A DNA stretch of 64,000 bases from the human T2T-CHM13v2.0 reference genome, Homo sapiens, in NCBI RefSeq assembly GCF_009914755.1, contig NC_060928.1, one strand, 5' to 3'. Each line of letters opens with the position of its first letter. Positions within the stretch are counted from its first letter, which is position 1. Positions 26,480 through 41,492 of this stretch are shown piece by piece. The translations under genes were made by a program, and so were the position numbers. The notes beneath the pieces were generated by a model. It ran no database searches and was not told the DNA's origin. It saw only the letters and a program-made list of their open reading frames with translations.

Positions 26480-28929
26480 TAGATCTAGTTTTGAATTCTT
26501 TCTTGACACTTAATGTGTGTCTCTGAGAAAGTTGCTTAATTCTGAGTAATGGTTTACTTAGCTTTAAAGTGAGGGAGGCTACTTGTGAAGTTTGAAATGA
26601 CAAATGTGTCTGTATCAGTTATCTGAAAAAAAATGGACATTACCATCTCAGCTTTTGGCAGCTAGCATGAGGTTGGAGAAGGTGGGTTGGATAAGCAATC
26701 AGCCCTATCGCCATAGAGTCGGCTGAGAAGAAATTTACCCATGCATTGCTATAGACTTTTAGTTTCCTTCTCTCTTTTTCACCCTGCTCAGAATAACAAA
26801 TTAATGTGGTTGGTGAGCTAGCCAGAGGAAGCATGCCTCACATGATGACAGGGGAAAGAAAATCCTCCTCCCTCCCTCAGATTTTGTTCCCTTAAACACC
26901 TGGGCTTCAAAATGATGGTGTTGTCAACTAAAGTTGTGGCCGTGCTCTCTAGAGAAACCAAGAGTCTATGAAAATATCTCTATTCCTACCTTATGAGAAC
27001 ACTCCCACAGCACCAACTTTATCTTCCTAGAACCTCTGGCATGTAGTTTAGCTTAGGTTTCAGAAGGATAAGAAACAAGGAGCTTATAAATAAAACTAAT
27101 TTCTAATGTAAACTGCAACTTCCTAAGATATTCACATTTTTGTGAATATTTTTTGATTCCACATTTTTTCCAAAGTATGGTATGGCCATTCACGTTACCC
27201 AATATACCACACAGGAAGCATGGCAAGACATGTTAATGACAGCATAAAATTCCAAGTAATACATCTAAAAGTGTTGTAAATTTAAACTATGAATTCTGTT
27301 TACCATTATTAAATTCATAAGAAGTCAAAGCCCGAAATTTAAACCCCAATTCTTTTTTAACTTAAATAAAAAGCTTTATGTTAAGCCCAAAAGTAATTAG
27401 AGTCTCTCAATTTTTTCCACTTCAATTTTTTTCTCTGCTGAATCTCAATTAGATGGATCTTGGTGAAACATCTAGAGAAGTTGGGCCTCCCTGAGAGATT
27501 ATAACTTTAACCATTTTACTGGAAGGCGTATGGTATATTCAGGACCTCCCAATTTCAAATACTTTTACTTAGGTCTCTCATGTGCCCTAAGCTGTGAAAA
27601 CTCAAAAGAATTAATAAGCCATATAAGGTTTTCACAATATGACCCCACACTCTCAATAGAGGAAACCACAGCTTCTACAAGAGTTACCACAAGTAAAGTT
27701 TATTCTTATAATGCAGTACCTGGTTCAATTACACCCAAGTTATCATTAAAGGCAAAAAACAGAAGAGTAATTCTCGTTGGCTGACACCTTACCAGAATCT
27801 CAATCAGCCAAGTCCAATTGTCCAGAGTTTAAGACCTAGGAGCTTATAGTCCATTCGCCTAGATGTTTTTGTCAATTCTGATATTGTGCTTATCAGATGG
27901 AGTTGGGAATATTCACCTACCTATACAACCTGACTCCCATCTCTCTGAGTGACATTTGAGACATTTGAACCTTCTTGAAAAGTTTACAAATTTGCACTAG
28001 TAATAACGGCAGTGGTTCCTTCCCCCCATTTAGAGAAGTTGAGCCTCCCTTAGTGAAAAAAAACTTATTAAATCCTCCCCTTGGGACCCCAGCCATGATC
28101 TTATCCACATGTCCCTTTTATCCACAGGATCAACAACAGCAGATGTCTGACCTCAGCTGAGACCTCTGAAAGAGCTCCCCTCAAAGGTTCATTCAGTAAT
28201 GCAACCTTGCCATTTGAGCTCATTCCAAAGGTGACCATTCTTCTGCTTTGCTATTGGGTTTTTTCAGAATTGGAATAATGTGTTCTATTTTGATGGCAAA
28301 ATCCATCTTTTACCACTGCAGCATCTTTTTCCATCGTAGTGAGCTATTCCGTAGATGCTCTGATTCCCTCCTGTTTCTCCTTTCTGGAGGCCTTGTGGAG
28401 ATTTGGACATTCTTATCCGCTCCCTACACTGACTGCTTTCCTTTCCCATCACATGGGGGGTGAGCATTGCTTGTGGTGTTTTATTCATTCTCTTTCTTAC
28501 TCCTCTCTCAGTTCCAGACTTGTCCTTTCTTCACCTAATCCTCTAGATTTTGTATGCTCAGACTCCCTAGTAGGAGACATAATACCAGGCCCAGTCTCTA
28601 ATTCATTTTTGGTCTCTCTAGTTTTCTCTTTTGTCTTCATTTTTGTGTTGGCCTTATGTGTCTGCTTTTTCACATTCTTTTGTCATCCCTTTGAGTTCCA
28701 TTCCCATCATTAAGGACTTCCTTGGTCACTAATTCTTCCCTAGGTGGACACTTCTTATTCTTCCCTGGTCTCTTGTTTTCCTTACTATTTGTCACTCTCT
28801 CTACATATTCACCTATTTATTTATGTATTTATTTATTAGCTTATGGCCCTTTATTTACCCATTGACCAACCTAAACAGTTGTCAACGTTTGTTGTTTCAT
28901 TTTGTCCACCTCTTTTGTTGTTGGAATAT

Positions 28930-29043
28930 ATATTTTTAATTATACTTTAAGTTCTGGGTTACATGTGCACAACGTGCAGTTTTGTTACATAGGTGTACAT
29001 GTGTCGTGTTGGTGTGCTGCACCCATGAACTTGTCATTTACAT
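28930..29043 (-). mobile_element. short L1PA 3'-end fragment
   Basis: attatactttaagttctgggttacatgtgcacaacgtgcagtttgttacatagg...gtcatttacat. Confidence 0.9.
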
Positions 29044-29112
29044 GATATTTATTTTCTATCATCTGTTCCTTTAAGATGTAAGTCCCATGGGTATAGAGAT
29101 TTGTCATCTTTC

Positions 29113-29116
<4 letters not shown>

Positions 29117-29154
<38 letters not shown>

Positions 29155-29163
29155 TTGGAATTG

Positions 29164-29211
<48 letters not shown>

Positions 29212-29222
29212 TACATACATAC
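29117..29222. repeat. compound (TA)n-GAATTGGAATTGGAG-(TA)n(CA)n microsatellite within an L2 3' remnant
   Basis: Seen directly; flanks agatgtaagtcccatg and gcacctgacaaatagtaag are L2-tail-like. Confidence 0.9.
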
Positions 29223-29663
29223 CTGGGAACAAGAGCAGCACCTGACAAATAGTAAGTCCTTAAAAACTCTTTGGAATCAACTTGTGGTAGTGGTGGAGCA
29301 GTATCTCTATTTTCAACTACTGCAATGATCTTCCTTTGAAACAAACCTGATAGCGCTTAAAGTGCTTTATGATCTGTCTAGTTTCTCCCCTCAAAGGTTT
29401 GAATAATCCATAATGGCTTCATATGACTTTTCCAGTGTTCATGAAATGGTTTCCTAATTGCTGTTGCTACAGGCCTCCCATCTGCTCTTATATTATGATG
29501 CTTCTCAATGCTTTCTTGAAGATGAGTTCCTTCTAGGGAGGTCACTCAAGTTCACTGCTAAGAAGTTTTACTGTTATTAATACAAGTGAAGAGCATTTGG
29601 TATACATATAGCTCATTTTTCCTTTCATCTAATTCTGATTTGGTGGTAAAGACCTCAAGATAG

Positions 29664-30089
<426 letters not shown>

Positions 30090-31671
30090 TAATCATTTAT
30101 GACATTTCAATCCCCCTATATTTAACTCTTGAATTTTTTTCATATTATCTGCAAACTTTATTTCTAAGATGAATGAAGCTTAAAACATTCCATTGTTGAA
30201 TTTATGGTTTTAACTTTGTGATAGTCTCCTTCAATATTCCTTAAGCCTAGGTTCAAATAAGAGCCATTTCCAGTGCAGTATGCCTCTCTCCTCACCGCTT
30301 GATTATCTGTTGATTAATTAAATCAACCATCCTTTTATGGATCAATTCAGTCTTAGTCTGTACCTTGGAAATCTTATGCCACAGTTACAGCCTATTCAGT
30401 TACCAAATCAGAGTCAATTTGAAACTATATTGTAGAAAGTGGCTCTTAACAGTATAAACATGGCACATGAGTCCAAGAGATTAGCTCTTGGTATGTCTCA
30501 TCTTCACTCTTTTTGGAATTGTATGCCCTTTGAAGTGTGGCAAGAGGAAAGAATTTCAAATAGCTAAAGTATTAGCCTCTATTGTTGTTAAACGCTGACA
30601 ATATAAAGGCTAAAATCTCACCCACTCATTTTACAGCCTACATGGATCTTAACTGCCTCTGCAGATGGAAGCCTCAGCCAGTTGATGTCAAGAAACACTA
30701 CAAGGAAAAAAAAATTCACCCCTTGAGTCCTGGAAAGCCTGTATCAGGTGAGCCTTAACTGAAACGAAAAGACTCCCTTTCCCTTCATACAGTCGAATCC
30801 CTATCTCACTTATTCCTGCGTAGGTCAAGGCTGCACCTCCATCAGTCAAAGTCAGCTACAAAAGTCTGTGTGAGATGTATTTACTGAGCCCTGTGCTACT
30901 TTTAAAATAGCTGCTAAACACCATAGACATCCACTGCAGTAAGCTGCTATGATCCTAAAAGTCAAGAACTGGAGCCACACTTGAAGCATCAATTTATCCA
31001 CATGACACTTTGTTTCATACAACATCAACCCATTGCTGGCTCTTTCAATGTTCCAAGCCAACATACCAGTATATTTAAATTTTAAGGTCCCAGGACATAA
31101 TTAATATGTTTTTCCTTCCTCCAGTGTTATGTACAAATTGAAGACAGTAAACACATAAATTGCCAGGTGAATATTAAAACGGCAGCTTTATTATTGGAAC
31201 AGCTAAATTGGAGGAAAGAATCTAATTGTGTGCTCATTGTGGCACTTTTAAATTCTGTCCTTTGTTAATTAAATTTACCTACCCCAAGTGATAGACTGCC
31301 TTGCTGAGAACAGAGATCGTCTCAGTAAATGCACTGTAATAAGAGACAGAAAGTTTGTACCTTAGAGAGCCTCATTCTAAAAAATGAGGAAGTCCAACAC
31401 ACACACATACTCTAATCCTAACCAACAGTCTGGTAAGAGAGCATGTCCAAAGGGTCGAGGTGTTCCCATACTCTCCTCTCTTTAGGCTTAGCCATGGGGC
31501 TATTTTTGTGAGCAAAACTGAGACAATTCATATCGCCATGAAGTTTAAAGTCTAGTGGGGAGAAATAGATACTAATTTTTTTAAATTACGGTAATAATAA
31601 AGCATAAGTAGGTAAGAGAAGTTTTTGAGAAAATATTATTTAAGATATTTTAAGGATGAATAGGAAGAGAT

Positions 31672-32073
31672 GTTCTTTTTTTAAAAAATTTTATTATTAT
31701 TATACTTTAAGTTTTAGGGTACATGTGCACAACGTGCAGGTGTGTTACATATGTATACATGTGCCATGTTGGTGTGCTACACCCATTAACTCATCATTTA
31801 GCATTAGATATATCTCCTAATGCTATCCCTCCACCCTCCCCCCACCCAACAGCAGGCCCGGTGTGTGATGTCCCCCTTCCTGTCTCCATGTGTTCTCATT
31901 GTTCAGTTCCCACCTATGAGTGAGAACATGCGGTGTTTGGTTTTTTGTCCTTGAGATAGTTTGCTGAGAATGATGGTTTCCAGCTTCATCCATGTCCCTA
32001 CAAAGGACATGAACTCATCATTTTTTATGGCTGCATAGTATTCCATAGTGTATATGTGCCACATTTTCTTAAT
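31672..32073 (-). mobile_element. L1PA3/4-type 3'-end fragment (~400 bp)
   Basis: tatactttaagttttagggtacatgtgcacaacgtgcagg...ccctacaaaggacatgaactcatcatttttta; no clear TSD. Confidence 0.93.
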
Positions 32074-33081
32074 GTAGAGATTAGAGCAGAAGAGTCGATA
32101 GTGTCAGATCATAGGTGAAAACAATAAAATAAGCAGTAAACATCATTAAAATGAAAAAAGCAAACAAACTCACAAGCTCTGCATGAAAATAAGTGAATTT
32201 CTGAAGTTAATTTGGTGATTATCAAACAACCTTCTTAAGGCTGGTTCAGTAAGGACATCATTGCTAATAAGAATTCGTGCATCCATTGTACACAGACAAA
32301 AGAATGATGTAACCATTTGAGCCTAGGGGAATGACAGCTAATAAAGTTAATGTAAATGATCTGTGTATCTCACATCCACAAATAATACATTATGTTTCTT
32401 CATGTTTAGAAACCTGGCCACTGTAACTTGGTTCTTTATTGAGTGATAAGTGCAAAGTTTCTCCCAAGTTTTGCTGGATAGACAGTTGTGGCATTGGGGA
32501 AATAACACTCATTCCAAAAAAAAAAAAAAATTTGTCTTCTACAAATTCTGGCCTACACATATTTCAATGCTAAGAGTATTCAAACCTTCTGAACTCCTGT
32601 TTTCTTATTATAATGTGACTATAGTAATGTCCACTTCAACTTCACTTATTCGTTTGGTCCTCACCAGTTGTCTCTGGTCTCCAGAAGATTTTAGCTGAGC
32701 AAATGATGAGAAAGATAACTGGTGTTCAACCATAAGCACAGCACTTACTCAAGTTCGATCAAGAGACTCCTGCCTTGACTGTTATCATTTAGCATCTGAT
32801 CATATTTCATGTTCTCAAGGTGACTTTTCAATCATTTTCCCATAAAGGCAATTGAATCATTAATAATTTTGCTTATGAGACACTGGGCAACAGAGCAGAC
32901 AGGGAAGATATTTATAGAAATTAGAACAAAATGCCAAATTGAACTAAAGTCATACGAGTATGGAGCTATGTACAATGGTAAAGATAGAATGATATCAAAA
33001 GTGTATTAAACTCATTTTTTGTGACCCTAAATTCTCATTACTTAATATTTGGGTTTACACGGAAATTTAAAAAATACTCAA

Positions 33082-33315
33082 ATATGGTAGAACAAGGAAG
33101 AAAAGCCTTTGGAGCTAGACTTCAAAGACTCAAATCTCAGTTCTATGACCTTGGAAAAGTTATATAAATTTCTATGACCCAGTTTTTTCATCTGTAAAGT
33201 GAGAAAAATAGTAATAACTATCCCACAGGATTTTGTGAAATTTAACAATTTAACATTATAAAACACTCCAAACTTTATCAAGCACATTGTAAGCACCATA
33301 TGTTTATTGCTGTTA
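33082..33315 (+). mobile_element. MIRb
   Basis: agcctttggagctagac..tgaccttggaaaagttat..cagttttttcatctgtaaagtgag..ataataac..cccacaggattttgtgaaatttaa. Confidence 0.8.
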
Positions 33316-33793
33316 TTGTAAGGAGGTCTGGACTTACATTTAAAATCAGGTTGTAATCATAACACTTTGCAAATAGAAATGACCTCAGGTACAACTGAAG
33401 ACATAGTCTGCCTTTAGCATCTAAAGATATTGAAAGACTGAGAGGTTGCATGTATTTTTCAGAGATCTAAGAGCTAGCTAATGGTCAAATTGGATTGGGA
33501 CACCTGTGTCCTCCTCTTCAGCTCAGCGCTTCTCTGTTTCACTCTTCTTCTTCATTATTAAATAGCAGAATGTGTTTCTCATCAGTATGTTGAATACATA
33601 ACTTGAACAGCGCTTTAGGGGGCAAATGTGAGAATAGAATGACCTAAAATGTTTCACATGTTGAGACCACACTGGCACGTTTTCTTCAAGCAGCGTTGAC
33701 ATACATACACTCAAATAAATTAATGTTCTCATCTCCACTGACTCACTAGGCAGAAAAAGTTTGCCTGCCAATTTAAAAAGAGACAGGAGGAGA

Positions 33794-33832
33794 ATGGCCC
33801 AGTCAAGTTGACACGTAAAATTAACCATCACA
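33794..33832 (-). mobile_element. isolated MLT2 LTR terminal fragment
   Basis: tggcccagtcaagttgacacgtaaaattaaccatcaca is the MLT2 terminus. Confidence 0.7.
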
Positions 33833-34408
33833 GGTGGTCCGGGGAGAAATGCATTTTTAAATGTGCCAAATTAATAATTGGTTTAGACAAACAAAGCAAA
33901 CATTTCTAAACACTGGCAAATATTCTTCCCAGTGGTAACAATTCACCTTCATGTTATTGTTTCCTTATCTTACACTCAAATTTGTTTCCTTAGTACTTTA
34001 TTTGTGAAGATTTTTGCAGTTTAAGAAAGCGATTCCTTTGTCATGTTTACTACATTTTTATTTTGTTTTCCAGTATATAGTGTGGTGAGATATCAAAAGG
34101 TATGCAGCTCCTAAAACATTATTATATATTTATTTAATGAAAATTGACTAAATTCAAAATAACTCATGGGACTTTTGAAAAATATACAAATCCTGGGAGG
34201 CCTCCCCCAGTCTCAGATTTAGCATACTAAAATCTTCAATTTCCTGAGGTTTGGCCAAATTCAGTTAAACAAATTAAGCAACAAATAAAGCCCACAAAAA
34301 GGCAATAATTCCCTGGTTAGGTAATTTTGAAGAGAAAAACTACTACTGGGAATTAAAAGATTTGTGAAAAGTCTCTGAATTTAAGAAATTCCTGATAATG
34401 TTGGTATA

Positions 34409-34873
34409 TGTGGTAGGCTTAATAAGGTCCTTACAAATGTCAATGTTTGAATTCCCAGAACCTGTGAATTTGTTACCTGACCTAGTAAGAGACTTTGTAG
34501 GTGTGATTAATTAAGGATCTTGAGATGGGATGTTCCCCTGGATTAGCTGGTTAGGCCCAAATGTAATACTCACAAGGGTTCTTCTAAAACGGAGACAAGA
34601 AGATGGAAAAGAGGATGTGATGATGGAAGTAGAGATTGGAGTAATGCTACCAGGAACCAAGGAAAGTAGTAGCTTCTAGGAGCTGAAAAAGGCAAAGAAT
34701 CAATTCTCCCCTGGAGCGTCCAGATGGAACAAACCATGCTGACACCTTGAATTTTACCCTTTGAGACTCATTTTTGACTTCTGGCTACCAGAACGGTAAG
34801 ATCACAAATTTGTATTGTGTTTAAGCCATGAAGTTATGGTGATTTGTTATAACAGCAATAGTAAACTAAAACA
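34409..34873 (+). mobile_element. MLT1C/D MaLR solo LTR
   Basis: tgtggtaggc start; attcccagaacctgtgaat; ttctcccctggagc; ends aacagcaatagtaaactaaaaca; TSD gtata/gtgta. Confidence 0.88.
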
Positions 34874-34894
34874 GTGTAGCAATATCAATGAATT

Positions 34895-35130
34895 AACATA
34901 TGAGGAGTGCTAACTTCCAGTGCCAGACACTGTACTAAACTGTTTGGGAAAAGATGATATTTCATCTTGAAAATCGTGTGAGGCAGATATTAGTATTTTC
35001 TCTGTTTTGACATAGCACAAACTGTAGTTTACAGACATTAGGTAACTCATACAGAGTTAAGTAACACATAGACACATTGCTAGTACAATGTGACCTAGAA
35101 TTCAACCCATGAAGTCTAGTGTCAATCCTT
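34895..35130 (-). mobile_element. MIR
   Basis: gagtgctaac..gtgccagacactgtactaa..gtgaggcagatattagtatt..ctagaattcaacccatgaagtct. Confidence 0.6.
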
Positions 35131-37453
35131 TTTACAACCTCCCGCCTCTGCTCATTCCGAGACTATTCATGTTTATGTCTGAGATTCCCAGCCAAAGGCT
35201 TTGGCTAGAGTCTGGCCACAGAACATAATTGCTTCAGATGATGTTATAAACTGCAACAATTAATTGAGCAGATATTTAATAAGCATCCAATCTATGACAA
35301 GCATGGTAGATAGTAAACCATGCAGTTGAATAAGATAAACATGGCTCCAACCCTTGAGAAGCTCATAATCACAGTGGGACCTCTAAATACAGTGCCAGTA
35401 CTGGGTGACCAAAAATGCAGAGTGTATAAATCAGTTATCTCAGATTTTTACAATATTGACATCTGAAGCAGATGAGAAGAGGTGTTTTAGAAAGATGAAT
35501 AGCAAACATGGAAATACAATTTTTTTTTGTAATATTGCCATCAAAACCTCTGCATTCTAGCATTCTTTACCGGTGGCAAAACCACTTTTAATTTTCATTT
35601 CCTTTACTCCCTGGAAAGCAAAATGAATTAAGCAGTAACTCCATTTGTTTTTAAACATGATGGGAAGTTTCAAGTGAGGCATTTGAGAGCACAGAAAAAA
35701 ATTTAAATGAAGCAGCAGTGAGTTCGGGGGACAGATTCACAACCAGAAAGAAAAACAAAAGAATGCTTTTAAAAAACAAAGGGCTTATTTTTCCCTGTCT
35801 CTAATTTCCTCATCTTAATGCTTTTATGAGCCAAATATTTTATGACTTTATGTTAAATGGAAACAAAAGGCTTCATTGTGTATTATTAAATATACAATTA
35901 TAAGAATCATTACATAAAAATATATTACATTTGGATTTCCCCCAATGCTATTTTTTTTAATGAATCTGAGCTCATTATATTCAGCTGGATCTATTGATTC
36001 TATTTCTACAAATTCTAAGTGATTTCTTGCAGTTTATCTATTGTTCCTCTTTTAATTACCAGTGGATGTGCAGTACAGCAGTAGGCAGTATTTATTGCAT
36101 AATATTAATTCTGCAGCTGCACAGAGACAAAGCACTTTATACTAAACAAACACGGGTGCAAGCTGCGTGCCCTAAAAGGTAAAGCTCTATAGGATGCCCT
36201 GCAGTGTGATTTCTAACTGGGCTTCCAGAAATGTGGTTTCCACCCCTTCTGAGTTAAATGAGTCACTCTGACTGTCTAGACTTCAATCACTGCATCTGTA
36301 ATATAAGGACCTCTAGTTCCTTTCAACACCTATGCAACCAGATTTCTGTGAACACTCTCTGGCTGACATTATATTGTCTGTTGCACTCTGGAAGAAGTTA
36401 GCTTCTGGCTTTGTTATGTGCATAAGAAAATCGTCTTTACACATATAATGGTCACGAAAATTCTGGCTGCAGAATAGTCTCCCAAGTGCTCCTGGGAGTA
36501 AAGGAATGACAAGTTTTCTTACAAACCCAGTTCTGCCCCTTTTCTGATTTCCCATTTGCTTTGTTGGATAGCAGGTGCTGGACCACCAGGTGGCAGAATG
36601 GCTTTATCTAATCCCCAGGGGAACTTCATACATTCTCCTTTCCTGGGTCTATTTTTGAGCTTTGAGTTTTAGAACCGTATTCAGCATTCAAAACCATCAG
36701 TGCCATGATGGCTACAGGAAGGAGGCTGTGGTCTTCCCAAGTGTGTCTCCAAAATCTTATATCCCACTGCAAACTGTTCTTCCTTGGCAGGGAGAAGACA
36801 ATAATGGCGTATTCTACAGGTTGCTCTAGGACTGGATGGAAATGAAGAGAATCAGCAAAAGACTGATTTATATTGAGTTGAAGAGCAATAAAAAAATGTT
36901 TGTAGTCTCCATGTAGGTAACAACACAATCTTTAAAGTCAAGATGTTTAATAGTCGTGAACTCTCTCTGAATATCCACTTTCCTTTAGGTCTGTAACCAG
37001 ATGAGAGGAAACGTAATATAACAGAAGTCACAATAATCATTTTAAATGGTAGTATATTTTCACATCCCCTTCAAATGCCTCACACTTAATAACTAGTGCT
37101 TCTGCCTTTCAAACCCAATCCAATAGTCTTGACACTTTGTGGCTGAGGACAAGGAAACTGCTTAGGAAACCTCTTGGAGAACAGGAACATCTTTCTGCCA
37201 TTCCAACACAGGTTATCTTTTCAGATATGAGCAACATGAAGAATGAGTATTACCATTACAAGTAAATTTGCATAAGAAAATAGAGATAGTACTTTTCTTC
37301 CAGTATTGTTATGGAGACCAAACAAGATAAGGAACATAAATTCGTAGCCTAGTACGTGGCAAGCACTCCTGGAATGGCAGCAGTTCTTTGTCTCCTGTAA
37401 AAGTGAATGACTACGGTTATAGTTGTTCCCAAGCAAAGATCTGTTTGACTGTT

Positions 37454-38316
<863 letters not shown>

Positions 38317-38346
38317 CTGTTTTTCCATATAATTTATTTATTATAC

Positions 38347-38866
38347 TTTTTTCTAGCTTTCTTCAAGTACATTTGACAAATAAAAATGGTATATATTTAT
38401 GAGGTACAATGTGATGTTCTGATACATGTTTACATTGTGAAATGATTACCACAATCAAGCTAATTAATAGACTATCACCTCACATAGCTATCATTTTTGT
38501 GTGTGTGGGTGTGTCATGAGAACACTTAAGATTACTCTGTTGGCAAATTTCAAGTAAATGACACGATATTTTTAACTGTATTCACCATGCTGTACGTTAG
38601 ATCTCCAGGTCTTATTCTTCCTGCCTAACTGAACTTTTGTACCCTTTGATTAGTATCTCCCTATTTCCCTGCTCCTCCGACCCTGGCAATTACCATCTAC
38701 TCTGTGTTCTATGAGCTTGACTTTTTTAGATTCCACATATAAGTGAGGTCATGTGGTATTTGTCTTTCTGTCTTTGGGGTACGCCACTTAGCATAATGTC
38801 TTTTAGGTTCATCCATATTGTTACAAAAGACAGGATTTCTTTCTTTTTAAAGGCTGAATAATGTTC
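38347..38866 (-). mobile_element. L1MA (MA9-like) 3' end
   Basis: ttgacaaataaaaat.gtatatattta..cattgtgaaatgattaccacaatcaagctaattaa..ttagattccacatataagtgag. Confidence 0.85.
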
Positions 38867-39737
38867 CTTCAGTTTCTTTCAAGCTATTTCCCCTAGTCTG
38901 GAACAGAACAGTAGAAGGAACCACAAATTGACATTTTCCCAGAGATCAATGCCATGTCACCAAGCTTCTTTCTAGGAAGCAGATGGAGTCATTCTGAAGT
39001 CAGAATTCCAGAAAAATCATTATGGGTAACTGTACTAAAGGATGGCTTGTCTTTTAAAGGTAGAATAAAGAGATGTCTTCTTTATTGCACATTTGGGTTA
39101 GAAATGAGAAGCATTTTTCTATTTCTTGTCAAGCCTAAAAGATGAGATTACATCCTAAACTTTAAACATACTTCATATAGTTTCCCATGTATAGCCTATG
39201 ATGCAAACAATGTAAAAAACAGCACATTTTTCCTTAAAAAATTATTCTATTGTCTAAATTTGATGTGATATAATATGAGTAAATAAAAGATTTACTGGAA
39301 GAAAGCTAATTTTATATTGAGAAGAATTTGAATGCTTTTCTAATACTGGAAACCTGTATTTATTCATAAAACTGATCTTATAAAACAAAATAATTTTATC
39401 TGTCAATATCATTAATGTACTACAGTCATACCTTTTATAAAGGATGCATTTTGAGACTGAGCATTATATCTGAAGTGACATTTTTTAATTCTCAGAAGCA
39501 GGTTAATGATGTGGCCAAAGGAGATTAGCTTTAGGGTCTCTCATTTAATGCATCCTATGAGTATTAGACGTTATTGGGACTTGTAGAGTATTGCAGGTGA
39601 GGAGAAAAAGCCACGTTTAGTCGGAAGTATTTCTAGATTAACATTTCTTGTAAATTGTCACAGAAAAAGGACTTGAATATCAAATAGTTGGTGATATAAT
39701 AGAATTCATTTTCTCATTCCAAATATTCATTTTGTAC

Positions 39738-40234
39738 TGTGGCTTGCAAAATAATGGCCTCCCAAAGATATCCATGTCCCAGTACTCAGAATTTATGAAT
39801 ATGCTAGGGTACAGGGCAGAAAGGAATTAAAGTTGCAGACGGAGTTATGGTTGTCAATCAACTTACCTTAACATAGAGAAATTATCCTGGATTATTTGTG
39901 GTGGGGGGCACAATGTAATCAGAATTTCCTTAAATGTGAGTAAGGGAGGCAGAGGAATCAATGCGAGAGTGATGTTTTGAGACTCAACCAGCTCTTACTG
40001 GTTTTGAGACAGAAGGGCACCATAAACCATGGAATTCAGGTTGCCTCTAGAAGGTGAAAAAAGCAAGAATATGAATTTCCCCATAGAGTCTCCAGAGAGG
40101 TGCCAATGCCTTGATTTTACCCAGTGATATCCATTTTGGACTTCTGATCTCCAGGACTGTAATATAATAAATTTGTGTTACATAAAAAATTAGTTTATTG
40201 CTGTTTATTACTGTAGTGGTAGGAAACTAATACA
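39738..40234 (+). mobile_element. MLT1D MaLR solo LTR
   Basis: aataatggcctcccaaagatatccatgtcc; aggaattaaagttgcagacggagtta; end ggaaactaataca. Confidence 0.85.
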
Positions 40235-41149
40235 CATACCTAATTTTGAGTTTGTAATTTGGTTATTTGTTTTCTTAAAGAAGATGCCCAAATAGTATAG
40301 GTACCTGGCTCCATCCCTATCAATACTACACATGAACATTAGTTTTATTAGTATGCACATATTTTTTCCACAACATATATTTGTCTGTCTCAGGTACACA
40401 AATATATTTTATGAAGTCATTGGTCTTTCTTCTGGGAACACTGGACCTCTTTTAATGTTAGTAGGAACCCTTTCTTCCCCAAACCCAACCATTCATAGAA
40501 GACAAGATTATTCACTATTTTACAACACTTTGTCCTTTTGTAATTTTTAATTAACTTTGGGCTGCTGTTTTCCTTACATTGGCCACTAAATAAAGCCCTT
40601 CGATTCAGTGATTGAGATTCTGTTTGTACTATCTCTGTGAAAATGTTAGAGAGGGATATTGTCTTCCCTTTCAATAACAGCCAGTTGTATATTCTAATCT
40701 GTAGATACGTATTTGTTCTCAATTGATTCCACTGCTGGGAACAAAATGGTATCAATATGCATTTCTTTAGAATATTTGTGATATTACAGAAAATGAAAAG
40801 GGAAGAAATGTGGAAAGATTACATTGTTTTAGAGTTTAGCATGTATCAATCCCTCTGCTAAATGTGTTACAAATCTTCAACAATGCTGTTGGATACTCTT
40901 AGATCATCTCATACTTCTTTTAAAAAAGAAGATATTTAGGCTTAAAATAATAGTTTATTTTCCTCCAGGCCAGACAACTGATGGGCAGCCAAATTGTCAT
41001 ATGATTTCCAGTTTTTATGACTTGAAAACCTATAAACTTGGAAATCCATATTATTCATTCCTGCCTGTGACTGCACTTGACTCTGGAATTTCAAGCTAGT
41101 GTGCACATCTATATGATGTGTTAGCTTATCTAAACCGCTATAGTCTCTC

Positions 41150-41492
41150 GTCTGGCCACAAAGTGGGCTTTTCCTGACTCTTCTACTGCCCCCTCATTCT
41201 CCTTCCCACTTATCCTATCCTTGATTCGCTGCTTCTATTGAGTTCAGGAACATCTCTAGAATCTTGCTGGAGGTTCTTCCCTGACTTGGCTAGGTGCCCT
41301 CTTATGTGCCCCCAGGATCCCCTGTCGCCTTTCTCATAGTGATCATGCCAAATGATAGTTGCATGATGATGTTTGCTTCTTTGTCTTCCTCACTAGACTC
41401 CTGAGTAAAAAGAGTTGAGTCCAATAAATCTTTATAACCTTAGAAACCTCTAGGGCCTAGCCTATGCTCAATCAATACCTGATGAATTAATA
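41150..41492 (+). mobile_element. L2 3' end
   Basis: ggctaggtgccctcttatgtgccccca; tgtcttcctcactagactcctgag; gggcctagcctatgctcaatcaatac.tgatgaattaat. Confidence 0.65.

Noticed and set aside
28101-28126. Two TTATCCACA 9-mers (bacterial DnaA-box consensus), a third at 30994
   Set aside because: Primate nuclear context; chance or a tiny local duplication
33608-33628. Second CTCF-like motif GCTTTAGGGGGCA
   Set aside because: 5' half of the core is poorly matched; too weak without data
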